From assembly GCA_036170655.1 (NCBI GenBank), contig JAVHPP010000024.1, positions 1 to 19,679 of the forward strand: a stretch of DNA of 19,679 bases. The letters are read 5' to 3'. Made by a program: the position numbers and the translations under genes. The notes beneath the pieces are model-generated. The model searched no databases and was not told the DNA's origin. It saw only the letters and a list, made by a program, of their open reading frames with translations. This DNA is from Candidatus Zixiibacteriota bacterium (GTDB lineage Bacteria; Zixibacteria; MSB-5A5; WJJR01). Positions 1 through 7,926 of the stretch are shown piece by piece. Numbering within the stretch: position 1 is the stretch's first letter; each line of letters starts with the position of its first letter.

Positions 1-2
1 AT

Positions 3-1304
3 CGGATTGTCACGGCGCCCGTATCCACCACCGATCTGGTTGGGCTCAAGGCAGAGGTGACCTTCGTCAAGCGGCTCCTCGACAAGGTCGGCGTGCGGGC
101 CGACATGGAGCACATCGGCGAGTACAAGAACGCCTCCGATCTGCTGACCCGCACCAAGATGTCAGAGGCGCACCGGGCCGCGCTCAACCGCTTGCTCGAT
201 GATCTCGATGGCGTCTGGGTCAACGAGATGGCCCATGCGCGCGGCGTGACTCCGGACCGTGTCCGTCAATGGATTGCGCACGGCCCGTATGTGTCGGTCG
301 ATGCCAAAGCGGATGGTTTGATTGACGGAGTGGCCTACGCTGACGAGCTCGACAGCTTGGTGCGAAATGAGACTGGACGTTTCGGCAGGAACATCGGCGG
401 ACGGCAGTTGGCGTCGCGGCGTTACTACCCCCGCCGCTGGGGTTCCCTCCCTAGGGTCGCCGTGATCTGCGCCGAGGGGACGATCATGGATAGGCAGGAC
501 CGCGAGGAATTCCTCGTCGGCGACGTCATGGGCGCGGGAACAATCCGCGATGCCCTCCGCCAGGCACGGCATGATCGCCACGTGAAGGCCATCGTGCTGC
601 GTGTCAACTCCGGCGGCGGTTCGGTGTTTGCCTCCGACGAAATCTGGAGGGAAGTATCCCGCACGGTCGGCCACAAACCGATCACCGTCTCTTTCGCGGA
701 CGAGGCCGCCTCCGGCGGCTACTACATCGCCTGCGCCGCCGATTCGATCTTTGCGCTCCCCGGCACGATCACCGGCTCGATTGGGATCATTTCGGGCAAG
801 CTCGATATGTCGGGCCTGTACGACAAGATCGGTTTCGACAAGGAAGTGCTGACACGTGGCCGCTATGCCGACCTGCTTGGCACAACCCGGTCTTTTGACG
901 ATCAGGAACGAGCGATCATCAAGGACCAGATGGCGCGTGCCTACCAGCGCTTCGTCAATCTGGTCGCAGAAGGACGCAAACTGTCTGCTGATTCGGTGAA
1001 TGCCATTGGACAGGGACGTGTCTGGTCGGGAACCGCTGCACGCGACATGGGCCTGGTTGACCGGTTCACCGATCTCCACGGCGCCATCGAAGCGTCCGCC
1101 CGGATGGCCGGCGTCAAACCGGGCGAGCAGGTGGAAGTCGAGCTGCTGCCAAAAACCAGATGGGCGCTGTTTGACCGGCCCTTGGCCTCGCTCCTGACAC
1201 AGGGAGCATTCACCTCGGGACTGACATCGATCCTCGAGTGGTTGGACCGGGGGAATGCAGATGATTTTGTCTACGAGATGCCTTTCTCCCTGACGGTTCA
1301 CTGA
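3..1304 (+). CDS. sppA: Signal peptide peptidase SppA (protease IV, S49 family), 5'-truncated by the window edge
   Basis: The frame is open from position 3. Motifs: GEYKNA (catalytic Lys region), AIVLRVNSGGGS, AASGGYY (catalytic Ser), TGSIGI and GQGRVWSG. Confidence 0.93.
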   Translation, partial: RIVTAPVSTTDLVGLKAEVTFVKRLLDKVGVRADMEHIGEYKNASDLLTRTKMSEAHRAALNRLLDDLDGVWVNEMAHARGVTPDRVRQWIAHGPYVSVDAKADGLIDGVAYADELDSLVRNETGRFGRNIGGRQLASRRYYPRRWGSLPRVAVICAEGTIMDRQDREEFLVGDVMGAGTIRDALRQARHDRHVKAIVLRVNSGGGSVFASDEIWREVSRTVGHKPITVSFADEAASGGYYIACAADSIFALPGTITGSIGIISGKLDMSGLYDKIGFDKEVLTRGRYADLLGTTRSFDDQERAIIKDQMARAYQRFVNLVAEGRKLSADSVNAIGQGRVWSGTAARDMGLVDRFTDLHGAIEASARMAGVKPGEQVEVELLPKTRWALFDRPLASLLTQGAFTSGLTSILEWLDRGNADDFVYEMPFSLTVH

Positions 1305-1367
1305 CTTCGATTCGCGTGTCCGGTGTCATAGGACACATCGAAACTGTCGATATTGTGCGTGGGCCGC

Positions 1368-1396
1368 TTGCATGATGGCAACTCCCGAAGTATGTT
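1368..1396 (+). promoter_or_regulatory. Putative sigma70-type promoter for the ACT-EIIA pair
   Basis: TTGCAT-N17-TATGTT, ending about 55 nt upstream of ATG 1451. Confidence 0.4.
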
Positions 1397-1450
1397 GACC
1401 TGATGGGGTGGGAGCGCCGATACCATCCGACATCCGAAGGGAACATAGAC

Positions 1451-1927
1451 ATGAAGAATCCATCGATCATGACCGACACCAGAATTGCCAAGCTGACAAT
1501 CCACTCCGTTCCTGACCGTCCCGGTATCGCGGCTGAGATCTTCGGCCACTTGGGAGAGGCCGGACTAAACGTCTCCATGATGACGGCTGCGGGAGGGGCC
1601 TCCGGTCGTTCGGACATTTCCTTCACGGTCGGCCGTGAAGACGCCGGCCAGACCGTCCGTCTGCTGGAAACCATGCTCCCCGATCTGGAAGCGGCCTCCG
1701 TGTCCAAACGCGACGACGTCGCCTCCATCAGCCTCGTTGCCGATCAAATGCACCGGACACCGGGAGTGGCCGGACGGATGTTCCGTATCCTGTCTTCCGA
1801 AGGGATCAACATTGACATGATCTCGGCGACGACGACGGCAGTGACCTGCGTTATCGACGCCCGCTTCCTCGATGCCGCCGTGAAATCACTGCAGCGTGAA
1901 TTCCAAACCGAACGCGTACGGAGCTGA
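1451..1927 (+). CDS. Stand-alone tandem ACT-domain protein resembling the aspartokinase beta (regulatory) subunit; no kinase domain
   Basis: AKLTIHSVPDRPGIAAEIF..L...GLNVSM, SDISFTV and SISLVA..M...PGVAGRMF..L...GINIDMIS match the two C-terminal ACT domains of aspartokinase II. GAAGGGA RBS precedes ATG 1451. Confidence 0.85.
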   Translation: MKNPSIMTDTRIAKLTIHSVPDRPGIAAEIFGHLGEAGLNVSMMTAAGGASGRSDISFTVGREDAGQTVRLLETMLPDLEAASVSKRDDVASISLVADQMHRTPGVAGRMFRILSSEGINIDMISATTTAVTCVIDARFLDAAVKSLQREFQTERVRS

Positions 1928-1972
1928 GTCACGGCAGAGATATCTTCGCTCCATCCCCCCCGCTGACCCTAC

Positions 1973-2485
1973 ATGAATATCTCTCGCCTGTTACGTCCCG
2001 ATCTGATCAAACTCCAAATGGAGACACAGATCGAAGCTGACTCCGACACTGAAGATGACGCTGTTCGGACGGCCAAGCAGAAGCGCGGGGACAAAGAGAA
2101 GATTCTCGACGAACTTGTTTCTCTCTTGGAGCGCTCGGACCGGATTGGGAATCGCAACAAGCTCCTTGTCGACTTTGTCAACCGCGAACGAAAAGCCACG
2201 ACTGCGATCGGTCACGGGATTGCCATCCCGCACATCCGCTCGCTTCAGGCCAAGGAAACACTCTTGGGAGTGGCACTGGCGACCCCCGGTTACGAGTTCG
2301 ATGCGCCCGATGGCGAGTTGGTCCGGGTGTTTTTTGTGATAGCGGCCCCGCCCTACGACGACAACCTCTACTTGCGTCTTTTCAAGAGTTTGGCCGAAGT
2401 GCTCCAGTTCGACTACTTTCGTGCTCGCCTGTTGGAGGCAAAACAGGAATACGACATCATCCGCGCATTCCAAGACATGGGGTAA
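1973..2485 (+). CDS. PTS EIIA component (fructose/mannitol/nitrogen-regulatory family, PtsN-like)
   Basis: RE..TTAIGHGIAIPH signature with the phospho-accepting His, and F.APDGELVRVFFVIAAP. Acidic N-terminal insertion EADSDTEDD. Confidence 0.9.
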   Translation: MNISRLLRPDLIKLQMETQIEADSDTEDDAVRTAKQKRGDKEKILDELVSLLERSDRIGNRNKLLVDFVNRERKATTAIGHGIAIPHIRSLQAKETLLGVALATPGYEFDAPDGELVRVFFVIAAPPYDDNLYLRLFKSLAEVLQFDYFRARLLEAKQEYDIIRAFQDMG

Positions 2486-2580
2486 GGTATCCATCAATTC
2501 GCGCGGATCGGACAAGCGATCATTCTGCATCGTTCAATACTCCCATCAGCAAGAATCAGATATGTACAGTTCCTTCGGAT

Positions 2581-2596
2581 GGGAACGCAGTTTGCT
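2581..2596 (+). promoter_or_regulatory. Putative sigma54 -24/-12 promoter upstream of the two-component operon
   Basis: GGGAACGCAGTTTGCT has exact GG-N10-GC spacing (GG 2582-83, GC 2594-95) and TTGCT. IHF-like AATCAGATATGTA (one mismatch) lies at 2554-2566. Confidence 0.45.
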
Positions 2597-2770
2597 TTAT
2601 GTGCGACACGGAGGAGTCTGACAACTTAATCTATTGTCACACAATGAGATGAAGAATGGCAGTCGTATTCCATCTGATTTCGGCAGATTCATATGAATCA
2701 TTCCGTTTCATTTCGACCGCTCTGCAGTAGATTGGAGAGCTGGGAATGGATGACTCGCATGAAGGACGCG

Positions 2771-3979
2771 ATGTTTGACTCACGCGGTAAAAAAGAGGTG
2801 ATCGGCACAATCGCTGACCGGGGCAAGACTGTGAGCGGTGGCGCGAGCGAGAGCACACGACAGTTCCCGTCCTCTCTCCGCTGGCTAACGTTGATTGTGA
2901 TGCTGGCCGCCCTCTCGGCTGCCCACTTTGCGACACCGGGTGATCTCACTTGGATGCACGACTTCCTGTTCAAGGTCACGTACCTGCCAATCGTGCTGGC
3001 AGGGCTTTGGTTTGGGGTACGCGGAGGACTTCTTCTGAGCTTGGTCACGAGTCTTGTCTATGTTGTTCATATTCAATGGCAACTCTCTGGGCAGCACCAG
3101 CATGCGCAGACGGGATTTCTGCTGGAATTGGTTCTCTATCTGCTGATTGGCGCGGTTGTCGGCTGGTTGTCCGACCAGCAACGTGCGGCGCGTGACCGGC
3201 TGGCCACGGCCAACGCCCAACTGCAACGGTCACTGGAATCTCTGCGCGAGAAGACCGATGCGCTCCTCGCCGCCGAAGCGTCACTGCGGCGGACCGACCG
3301 ATTGAAGGCCGCCGGACAGATTGCCATGGGCATGGCTCACGAGATTCGAAACCCACTCGGTGGAATCATTGGGGCCGCCGAGATCCTTGCCAATCCCGTC
3401 ACTGACGCCGCCGGGCGCGCCGAGTTCGCGGCGGTAATCTCACGTGAAAGCAAACGTCTGGACCGTGTGATCACCAACCTTTTGGATTTCGCCCGCACGA
3501 CGACTTCACAAGGGGAAGTATCGCACCTGCGGCAAGAACTGGACTTTGTCGAGAAGCTGACGGCCGGGCCACGAGGCAAAAAGAGAATCACTTTTGATGC
3601 CACCGATGTCGCATCCGATCTCGAAGTGACCATGGCATCTGATGCCATCCGACAGGTTCTGCTGAACCTGACACTCAACGCCATTACGGCCGCACCGACC
3701 GATTCGGGCCGGATTGTCTGGCGGGGAAGCCGCCAGACTGACCACGTCATGCTCTCCATCACAGACAACGGTCCGGGGGTTGACCCCCATGTTCGCAATC
3801 AGCTCTTTGAGCCCTTTGTGACAACAACGCCTGATGGTACTGGTCTCGGTCTTGCCATTGTTGCACGTCTTGTTGGCGACGTGGGAGGACGGATCGACTT
3901 GGAACAAACCGGCAGCACCGGAACGGTCTTCACGCTGCAATTGCCATGCGCGGATGGTGGTCATCCTCAGGATGGATAA
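2771..3979 (+). CDS. Membrane sensor histidine kinase (NtrB/ZraS-like transmitter) with a His-rich multi-TM input domain
   Basis: H-box MAHEIRNPL, N-box QVLLNLTLNA, DNGPG, LFEPFVTT and GTGLGLAIV; about four hydrophobic segments at the N-terminus. Start is uncertain (2750/2759/2771/2831); 2771 has an AAGGA RBS. Confidence 0.93.
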   Translation: MFDSRGKKEVIGTIADRGKTVSGGASESTRQFPSSLRWLTLIVMLAALSAAHFATPGDLTWMHDFLFKVTYLPIVLAGLWFGVRGGLLLSLVTSLVYVVHIQWQLSGQHQHAQTGFLLELVLYLLIGAVVGWLSDQQRAARDRLATANAQLQRSLESLREKTDALLAAEASLRRTDRLKAAGQIAMGMAHEIRNPLGGIIGAAEILANPVTDAAGRAEFAAVISRESKRLDRVITNLLDFARTTTSQGEVSHLRQELDFVEKLTAGPRGKKRITFDATDVASDLEVTMASDAIRQVLLNLTLNAITAAPTDSGRIVWRGSRQTDHVMLSITDNGPGVDPHVRNQLFEPFVTTTPDGTGLGLAIVARLVGDVGGRIDLEQTGSTGTVFTLQLPCADGGHPQDG

Positions 3980-3997
3980 GAATGGAATGACGGCCGT

Positions 3998-5389
3998 ATG
4001 ACCAAAAGCAGGGTTCTGTTTGTGGAGGACGACTCCAGTCTGAGGCGGGTGACCGAATACAACCTGCAGAAGGCCGGTTATGCTCCGGCAGTCGCATCTG
4101 ACGGAGCGGAAGGCTGGAAGGCATTCCAAGAGGAGAGCGCCGATGTGGTCGTGACCGATCTGGCCATGCCCAAGATGGACGGCCACGATCTGCTCCATCG
4201 CATTAAGAAGGTGTCACCGGAAACGGAAGTGATCATCATCACCGCCTATGGCACCGTTGACCGCGCCGTCGAAGCAATGAAAGCGGGCGCCTTCGACTTC
4301 ATCACCAAACCTTTCGAATTCGACGTGCTTCGCCTGACCATCGACCGGGCCTTGGAACACCGTCATCTCCTGCTGGAAAACACACGCCTCCAGACCGAAC
4401 TGACGGAGCGCTTTCACCCCGAGAAGATCGTCGGCGTCTCGGCGGGGATGCAACGGGTATTCGATCTGATTGGCCGGGTGGCCTCGACAGAAACCAACAT
4501 CCTGATCCTCGGAGAGAGCGGCACAGGAAAAGAATTGATTGCGCGCGCCATACACTACCATGGCAAACGTCAGAGCGGACCATTCATCGCAGTCAACTGC
4601 GGCGCCTTGCCGCATGATCTGATTGAAAGCGAACTCTTCGGCGCCCAGCGTGGCGCGTACACCGGCGCCGATCACGACCGTCCCGGCCGGTTTGAACGTG
4701 CGGCCGGTGGCACGCTGTTTCTGGATGAAATCACCGAACTGCCGACCGACGTTCAGGTGAAGTTGCTGCGCGCGCTGCAGGAACGTGAGATCGAACGCTT
4801 GGGCGGAAATGATCCGGTCAGCATCGACGCCCGTTTCATCTGTGCCTCGAATGCGGACGTCAGCCGTCTGGTGGCGGAAGGAACTCTCCGGCGTGACCTG
4901 TACTTCCGGATCAACGTGGTCACGATCCAGGTTCCTCCCCTCCGTAGTCGTCCGGAGGACATCGAGCCGCTGGTACGCGCCTTCCTGCACCGGCTCGAGG
5001 CCGATGACCTCAAGATCGACCCGTCAATCATGGCCGTTCTGAGGCAGTATTCATGGCCCGGAAACGTGAGGGAACTGGAAAACGCAATCGAGCGCGCCGT
5101 TGTATTGAGAAAAGAAGCGGACCGCATCACTGCCGACGATCTGCCGCCGGAGATCACTGCCCTCGCTTTGCCTCAGCCGCCAACAGAGAGCACCGCGACG
5201 ACCGCGACCCCGCATATGGAAACCACCATCCCGGAGCAGGGCATTGACTTCTTCTCGCTGGAGAAATCACTCCTGGAGCAGGCACTGCAGAAGGCCAAGG
5301 GGAATCGTTCACGCGCAGCGAGATTTCTGGGGATGACGCGGCAGACGTTGTTGTATCGTTTGAAAAAATTCGGCATCGACAAACAGTGA
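3998..5389 (+). CDS. Sigma54-dependent response regulator (receiver + AAA+ + Fis HTH; NtrC/ZraR/AtoC family)
   Basis: Receiver VEDD...TDLAMP..DG...KPF; Walker A GESGTGKE; ESELFG...GAYTGA; LFLDEI; WPGNVRELEN; C-terminal GNRSRAARFLGMTRQTLLYRLKK. Confidence 0.96.
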   Translation: MTKSRVLFVEDDSSLRRVTEYNLQKAGYAPAVASDGAEGWKAFQEESADVVVTDLAMPKMDGHDLLHRIKKVSPETEVIIITAYGTVDRAVEAMKAGAFDFITKPFEFDVLRLTIDRALEHRHLLLENTRLQTELTERFHPEKIVGVSAGMQRVFDLIGRVASTETNILILGESGTGKELIARAIHYHGKRQSGPFIAVNCGALPHDLIESELFGAQRGAYTGADHDRPGRFERAAGGTLFLDEITELPTDVQVKLLRALQEREIERLGGNDPVSIDARFICASNADVSRLVAEGTLRRDLYFRINVVTIQVPPLRSRPEDIEPLVRAFLHRLEADDLKIDPSIMAVLRQYSWPGNVRELENAIERAVVLRKEADRITADDLPPEITALALPQPPTESTATTATPHMETTIPEQGIDFFSLEKSLLEQALQKAKGNRSRAARFLGMTRQTLLYRLKKFGIDKQ

Positions 5390-5447
5390 GTCCTGCAAGA
5401 GTGTCGCTCCACCATTGTCCATCTGCAAGCGCCGCACAACTCGCAAA

Positions 5448-5490
5448 GTGTGATGGATATCAAGCAACAGGTGTTTCTTATCAAGACACC
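5448..5490 (+). promoter_or_regulatory. Candidate upstream activator sequence (enhancer) for the sigma54 promoter at 5585
   Basis: TATCAAG occurs at 5458 and 5479 (21 bp apart). Dyad GGTGT-N11-ACACC at 5470-5490. About 100-130 bp upstream of the -24 element. Confidence 0.4.
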
Positions 5491-5584
5491 ACTCGAGGAC
5501 GGCCCAGATCGATCCGCTCCCTATCTAGACCGTAAGCGATTGTCAATTAGTGTATAAGAGAAGGCCCTGTGGGTGAGATGTCGA

Positions 5585-5600
5585 CGGCACGGCACTTGCT
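5585..5600 (+). promoter_or_regulatory. Sigma54 -24/-12 promoter of the Met-rich lipoprotein gene
   Basis: CGGCACGGCACTTGCT versus consensus TGGCACG-N4-TTGCW (one mismatch, GG-N10-GC), directly downstream of a sigma54 activator gene. Confidence 0.8.
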
Positions 5601-5647
5601 ATTGACCATCAGTGATGATCAACTATCGAATTCAGAGGAGGATTGGG

Positions 5648-6340
5648 ATGAGAGAAACAGTTGCAGCGGTCTTGGCGTTAGTCGCATCATCGGCGTGGCT
5701 GATCGGTTGCAGCAACAACTCACCAACAAGATCCACTATTTTGCCTGTCGCTATGCAGACGGTCCCAAGGGAGGGTGAGAGAGCGTATGATCCATCGGCG
5801 TCTATCTACATCAAGTTTAGCCAGCCCGCTGACAGCAGCATATTTTACGAGAATTTCTTCTGTATCAACAGTGCCATGCATCAAGCCCTCCATGACTCGC
5901 TGTCGAACGGCATGATGGGCGGGGGCATGATGGGCAATAGCATGATGGAAGATGGGACAATGGGCAGAGGCGGTCAGAGTTGCAATTCGACCCAATTCAC
6001 CCGCCGCCTCCATGAGCGAGCAGTTCGGGGGCGAGTGTGGTGGAATGACCGGGCTGATTCCTGTATCTTCACCCCGGATTCAGCGCTGATGCACGACCAG
6101 GACTACGTCTTGATGTTGGGTTCGGGAATGGGCCGTTCTCATGGTGGGCAGACGCACCGTTCAGACGATGCCCCCACTCAAGATGTGATAATCACATTGT
6201 TCGAAACTTCAGTTGCAGTTAATGGACCTGATCCTTGGTCGATTCAACGGGATCGTCGAACGAATCAATGGTTCCGTCGCTCCCGGCTTTCGCGTGACCC
6301 TGCACCGGCCGCGACTGCGCGTGTCTCCCCAAGGCATTAG
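5648..6340 (+). CDS. Lipoprotein with an Ig-like (Big_5/CopC-like) domain and a Met/His-rich insert; putative metal-binding protein
   Basis: GAGGAGG RBS; signal peptide ending in lipobox LIG-C; pattern P..G....P...I.IKFSQP...G...W.....IFTP...L.....Y.L; insert HQALHDSLSNGMMGGGMMGNSMMEDGTMG. The last ~40 aa look atypical. Confidence 0.75.
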   Translation: MRETVAAVLALVASSAWLIGCSNNSPTRSTILPVAMQTVPREGERAYDPSASIYIKFSQPADSSIFYENFFCINSAMHQALHDSLSNGMMGGGMMGNSMMEDGTMGRGGQSCNSTQFTRRLHERAVRGRVWWNDRADSCIFTPDSALMHDQDYVLMLGSGMGRSHGGQTHRSDDAPTQDVIITLFETSVAVNGPDPWSIQRDRRTNQWFRRSRLSRDPAPAATARVSPRH

Positions 6341-6572
6341 TTCCCGACACGACTCAGTCGGCTACCGTTTGCGCCGCCTGGGCAATGCCGGCAGCGTGTT
6401 GCTCCAAGGCGTTTTCCAAGCGCCAGTCGGTGCCGCCGACGAACGACTGGTCATACAGGACTGTCATCGAAGGAAGTTGAAGCAAGACGGCACGGAGGGG
6501 CTTCGACTTTCCGTGTGATTTGCTACATTTCAAGTCCAACAACTGATGCAATTGGAGAGATCGCGCAGGTGG

Positions 6573-7739
6573 CTAAGGATCGACGCCAGCAGGGGCATGA
6601 AGCGGGTGCGGCGACGCACCGAAACTCAACGTCGCAGCGACGCGGTCAAAGGCGGCGGCGACTTCCGCAACCGGGATAGCCGAAACAGGCAGTCCCGTCC
6701 GCGCCGACACGACGGCGGATGGGATTTTCCACGGCGCCCAGGCAATCACGTTCTCGGCAACGGTCAACACAACAACCGGGACGCCGGTCGCGGAAGCCGC
6801 GTGGAGAATCGATGTATCCGGGGTGACCACCAGATCAACCCGTCCGGCCAGATCGATGACGACACGGAAGTCGGATTGCAACGGAAGGACCACTACCTCA
6901 GGGCAGGCCAGCGATGTCGCCAGCTCGACCGCCTTGGGCCTCTCGGCGGGGGCTGCTGTGAGGATCCAGCGGCCGATTTCCCCTCGATACTCTGGAATCA
7001 GGAGCGATAGCAGTTGCCGATACGACTCCACGGGCCAGGTACGGCGTGGGATACCCGCCGAGAGATTCACCAAGACGCTCCCCCGCGCGGGACCGGCTGA
7101 CCCCGGTGTCTCAACGATCGCGTGCCACACCGCGTCGGACTGGCGACGGACCGATTCCGGCCAGTCGAACCACGGGACCCGGTCGATGACAGGGACATCG
7201 GCGATGACGAACGCTGCGATCCGGCGCAACCGCTCCATGAAGTGAATCGACGGACGGGGAGGCAACTGGACATGCTCATGATACATCTTTTGCAGTTCGG
7301 CCTTATCCCCGCCAATCCGGTGGGCACGAGGGGCAATCGCCAGCATCCATAGCGCGAACGACAGCGACGGGGAAGAAACCAAGTCGACGATCACCTGATA
7401 CCGGCGTCGACGCATGGCCACAATTGTCTTCAGAGTGCGCCACGGTTTCGATCCCTTTGCATAAACCCCGTCAACTATATCGCTATCGGCCAGCAGCCCG
7501 GCAACGGGTTCGCGGACAAGGGCATCGATCCTGATGTCGGGGCCGCACAATGCTCGAAGCGCTCGCAGGATGGGGACGGTCAGGATGATGTCGCCCAGCC
7601 CGCCCTCCCGGATCACAAGCATCCTCTCAAAACCTGGGGGACAGGGCCGTGGTGTGACAGCCGCCATATGTGCCAGCATGGTCTTGAAAGGACGCCGAAT
7701 CCACCATCCCAGAATGTCAACCATCGGATTGCCCGCCAT
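6573..7739 (-). CDS. Glycosyltransferase family 9 (ADP-heptose:LPS heptosyltransferase-like)
   Basis: LVIREGGLGDIILTVPILRALR, RTWPVESY and DLVVTPDTSILHAASATGVPVVVL are GT9 motifs. The start may be 7724. Confidence 0.9.
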   Translation of the reverse strand: MAGNPMVDILGWWIRRPFKTMLAHMAAVTPRPCPPGFERMLVIREGGLGDIILTVPILRALRALCGPDIRIDALVREPVAGLLADSDIVDGVYAKGSKPWRTLKTIVAMRRRRYQVIVDLVSSPSLSFALWMLAIAPRAHRIGGDKAELQKMYHEHVQLPPRPSIHFMERLRRIAAFVIADVPVIDRVPWFDWPESVRRQSDAVWHAIVETPGSAGPARGSVLVNLSAGIPRRTWPVESYRQLLSLLIPEYRGEIGRWILTAAPAERPKAVELATSLACPEVVVLPLQSDFRVVIDLAGRVDLVVTPDTSILHAASATGVPVVVLTVAENVIAWAPWKIPSAVVSARTGLPVSAIPVAEVAAAFDRVAATLSFGASPHPLHAPAGVDP

Positions 7740-7926
7740 CCTCCTGCCCGATCAGTGATATCAAGGCGGAATCCAAGATACAGTATCATCAAGAGCTGCG
7801 CCAAGGCCTCACCGATTCAGGTAATCCAGTGATCACCCAAGGCGGGTGGCACTGGAGCATTGACTTTTGTGGTCGCAGGCCACTCTTTGGGGTCATCGGG
7901 AATGGAAAACCGTTTGGAGGAACGTG

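Noticed and set aside
162..1301. 379-aa minus-strand ORF; likewise 4214-4990(-), 3506-4198(-), 10015-10851(+), 11599-12249(+) and 18035-18715(-)
   Set aside because: These are antisense shadows of clearly identified genes, expected in high-GC DNA, and carry no family motifs.
1316..1336. GTGTCC-N9-GGACAC dyad after sppA
   Set aside because: Only 6 bp with no U-tract; cannot be told from chance.
4652..4669. GAYTGA instead of GAFTGA in the activator
   Set aside because: Phe-to-Tyr is a known natural variant in sigma54 activators, so it is not evidence of lost function or novelty.
6270..6380. Minus-strand GCAAAC...GCGAAAGCC, reminiscent of a c-di-GMP-I riboswitch
   Set aside because: Spacing and stems do not fit, and there is no downstream gene on that strand.
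6219..6551. Minus-strand ORF whose TGA (6354-56) is followed by about 44 open codons (possible selenocysteine readthrough), and the mirror ORF 6213-6518(+)
   Set aside because: No redox-motif context, no convincing SECIS-like hairpin, no RBS, and no recognisable protein on either strand.
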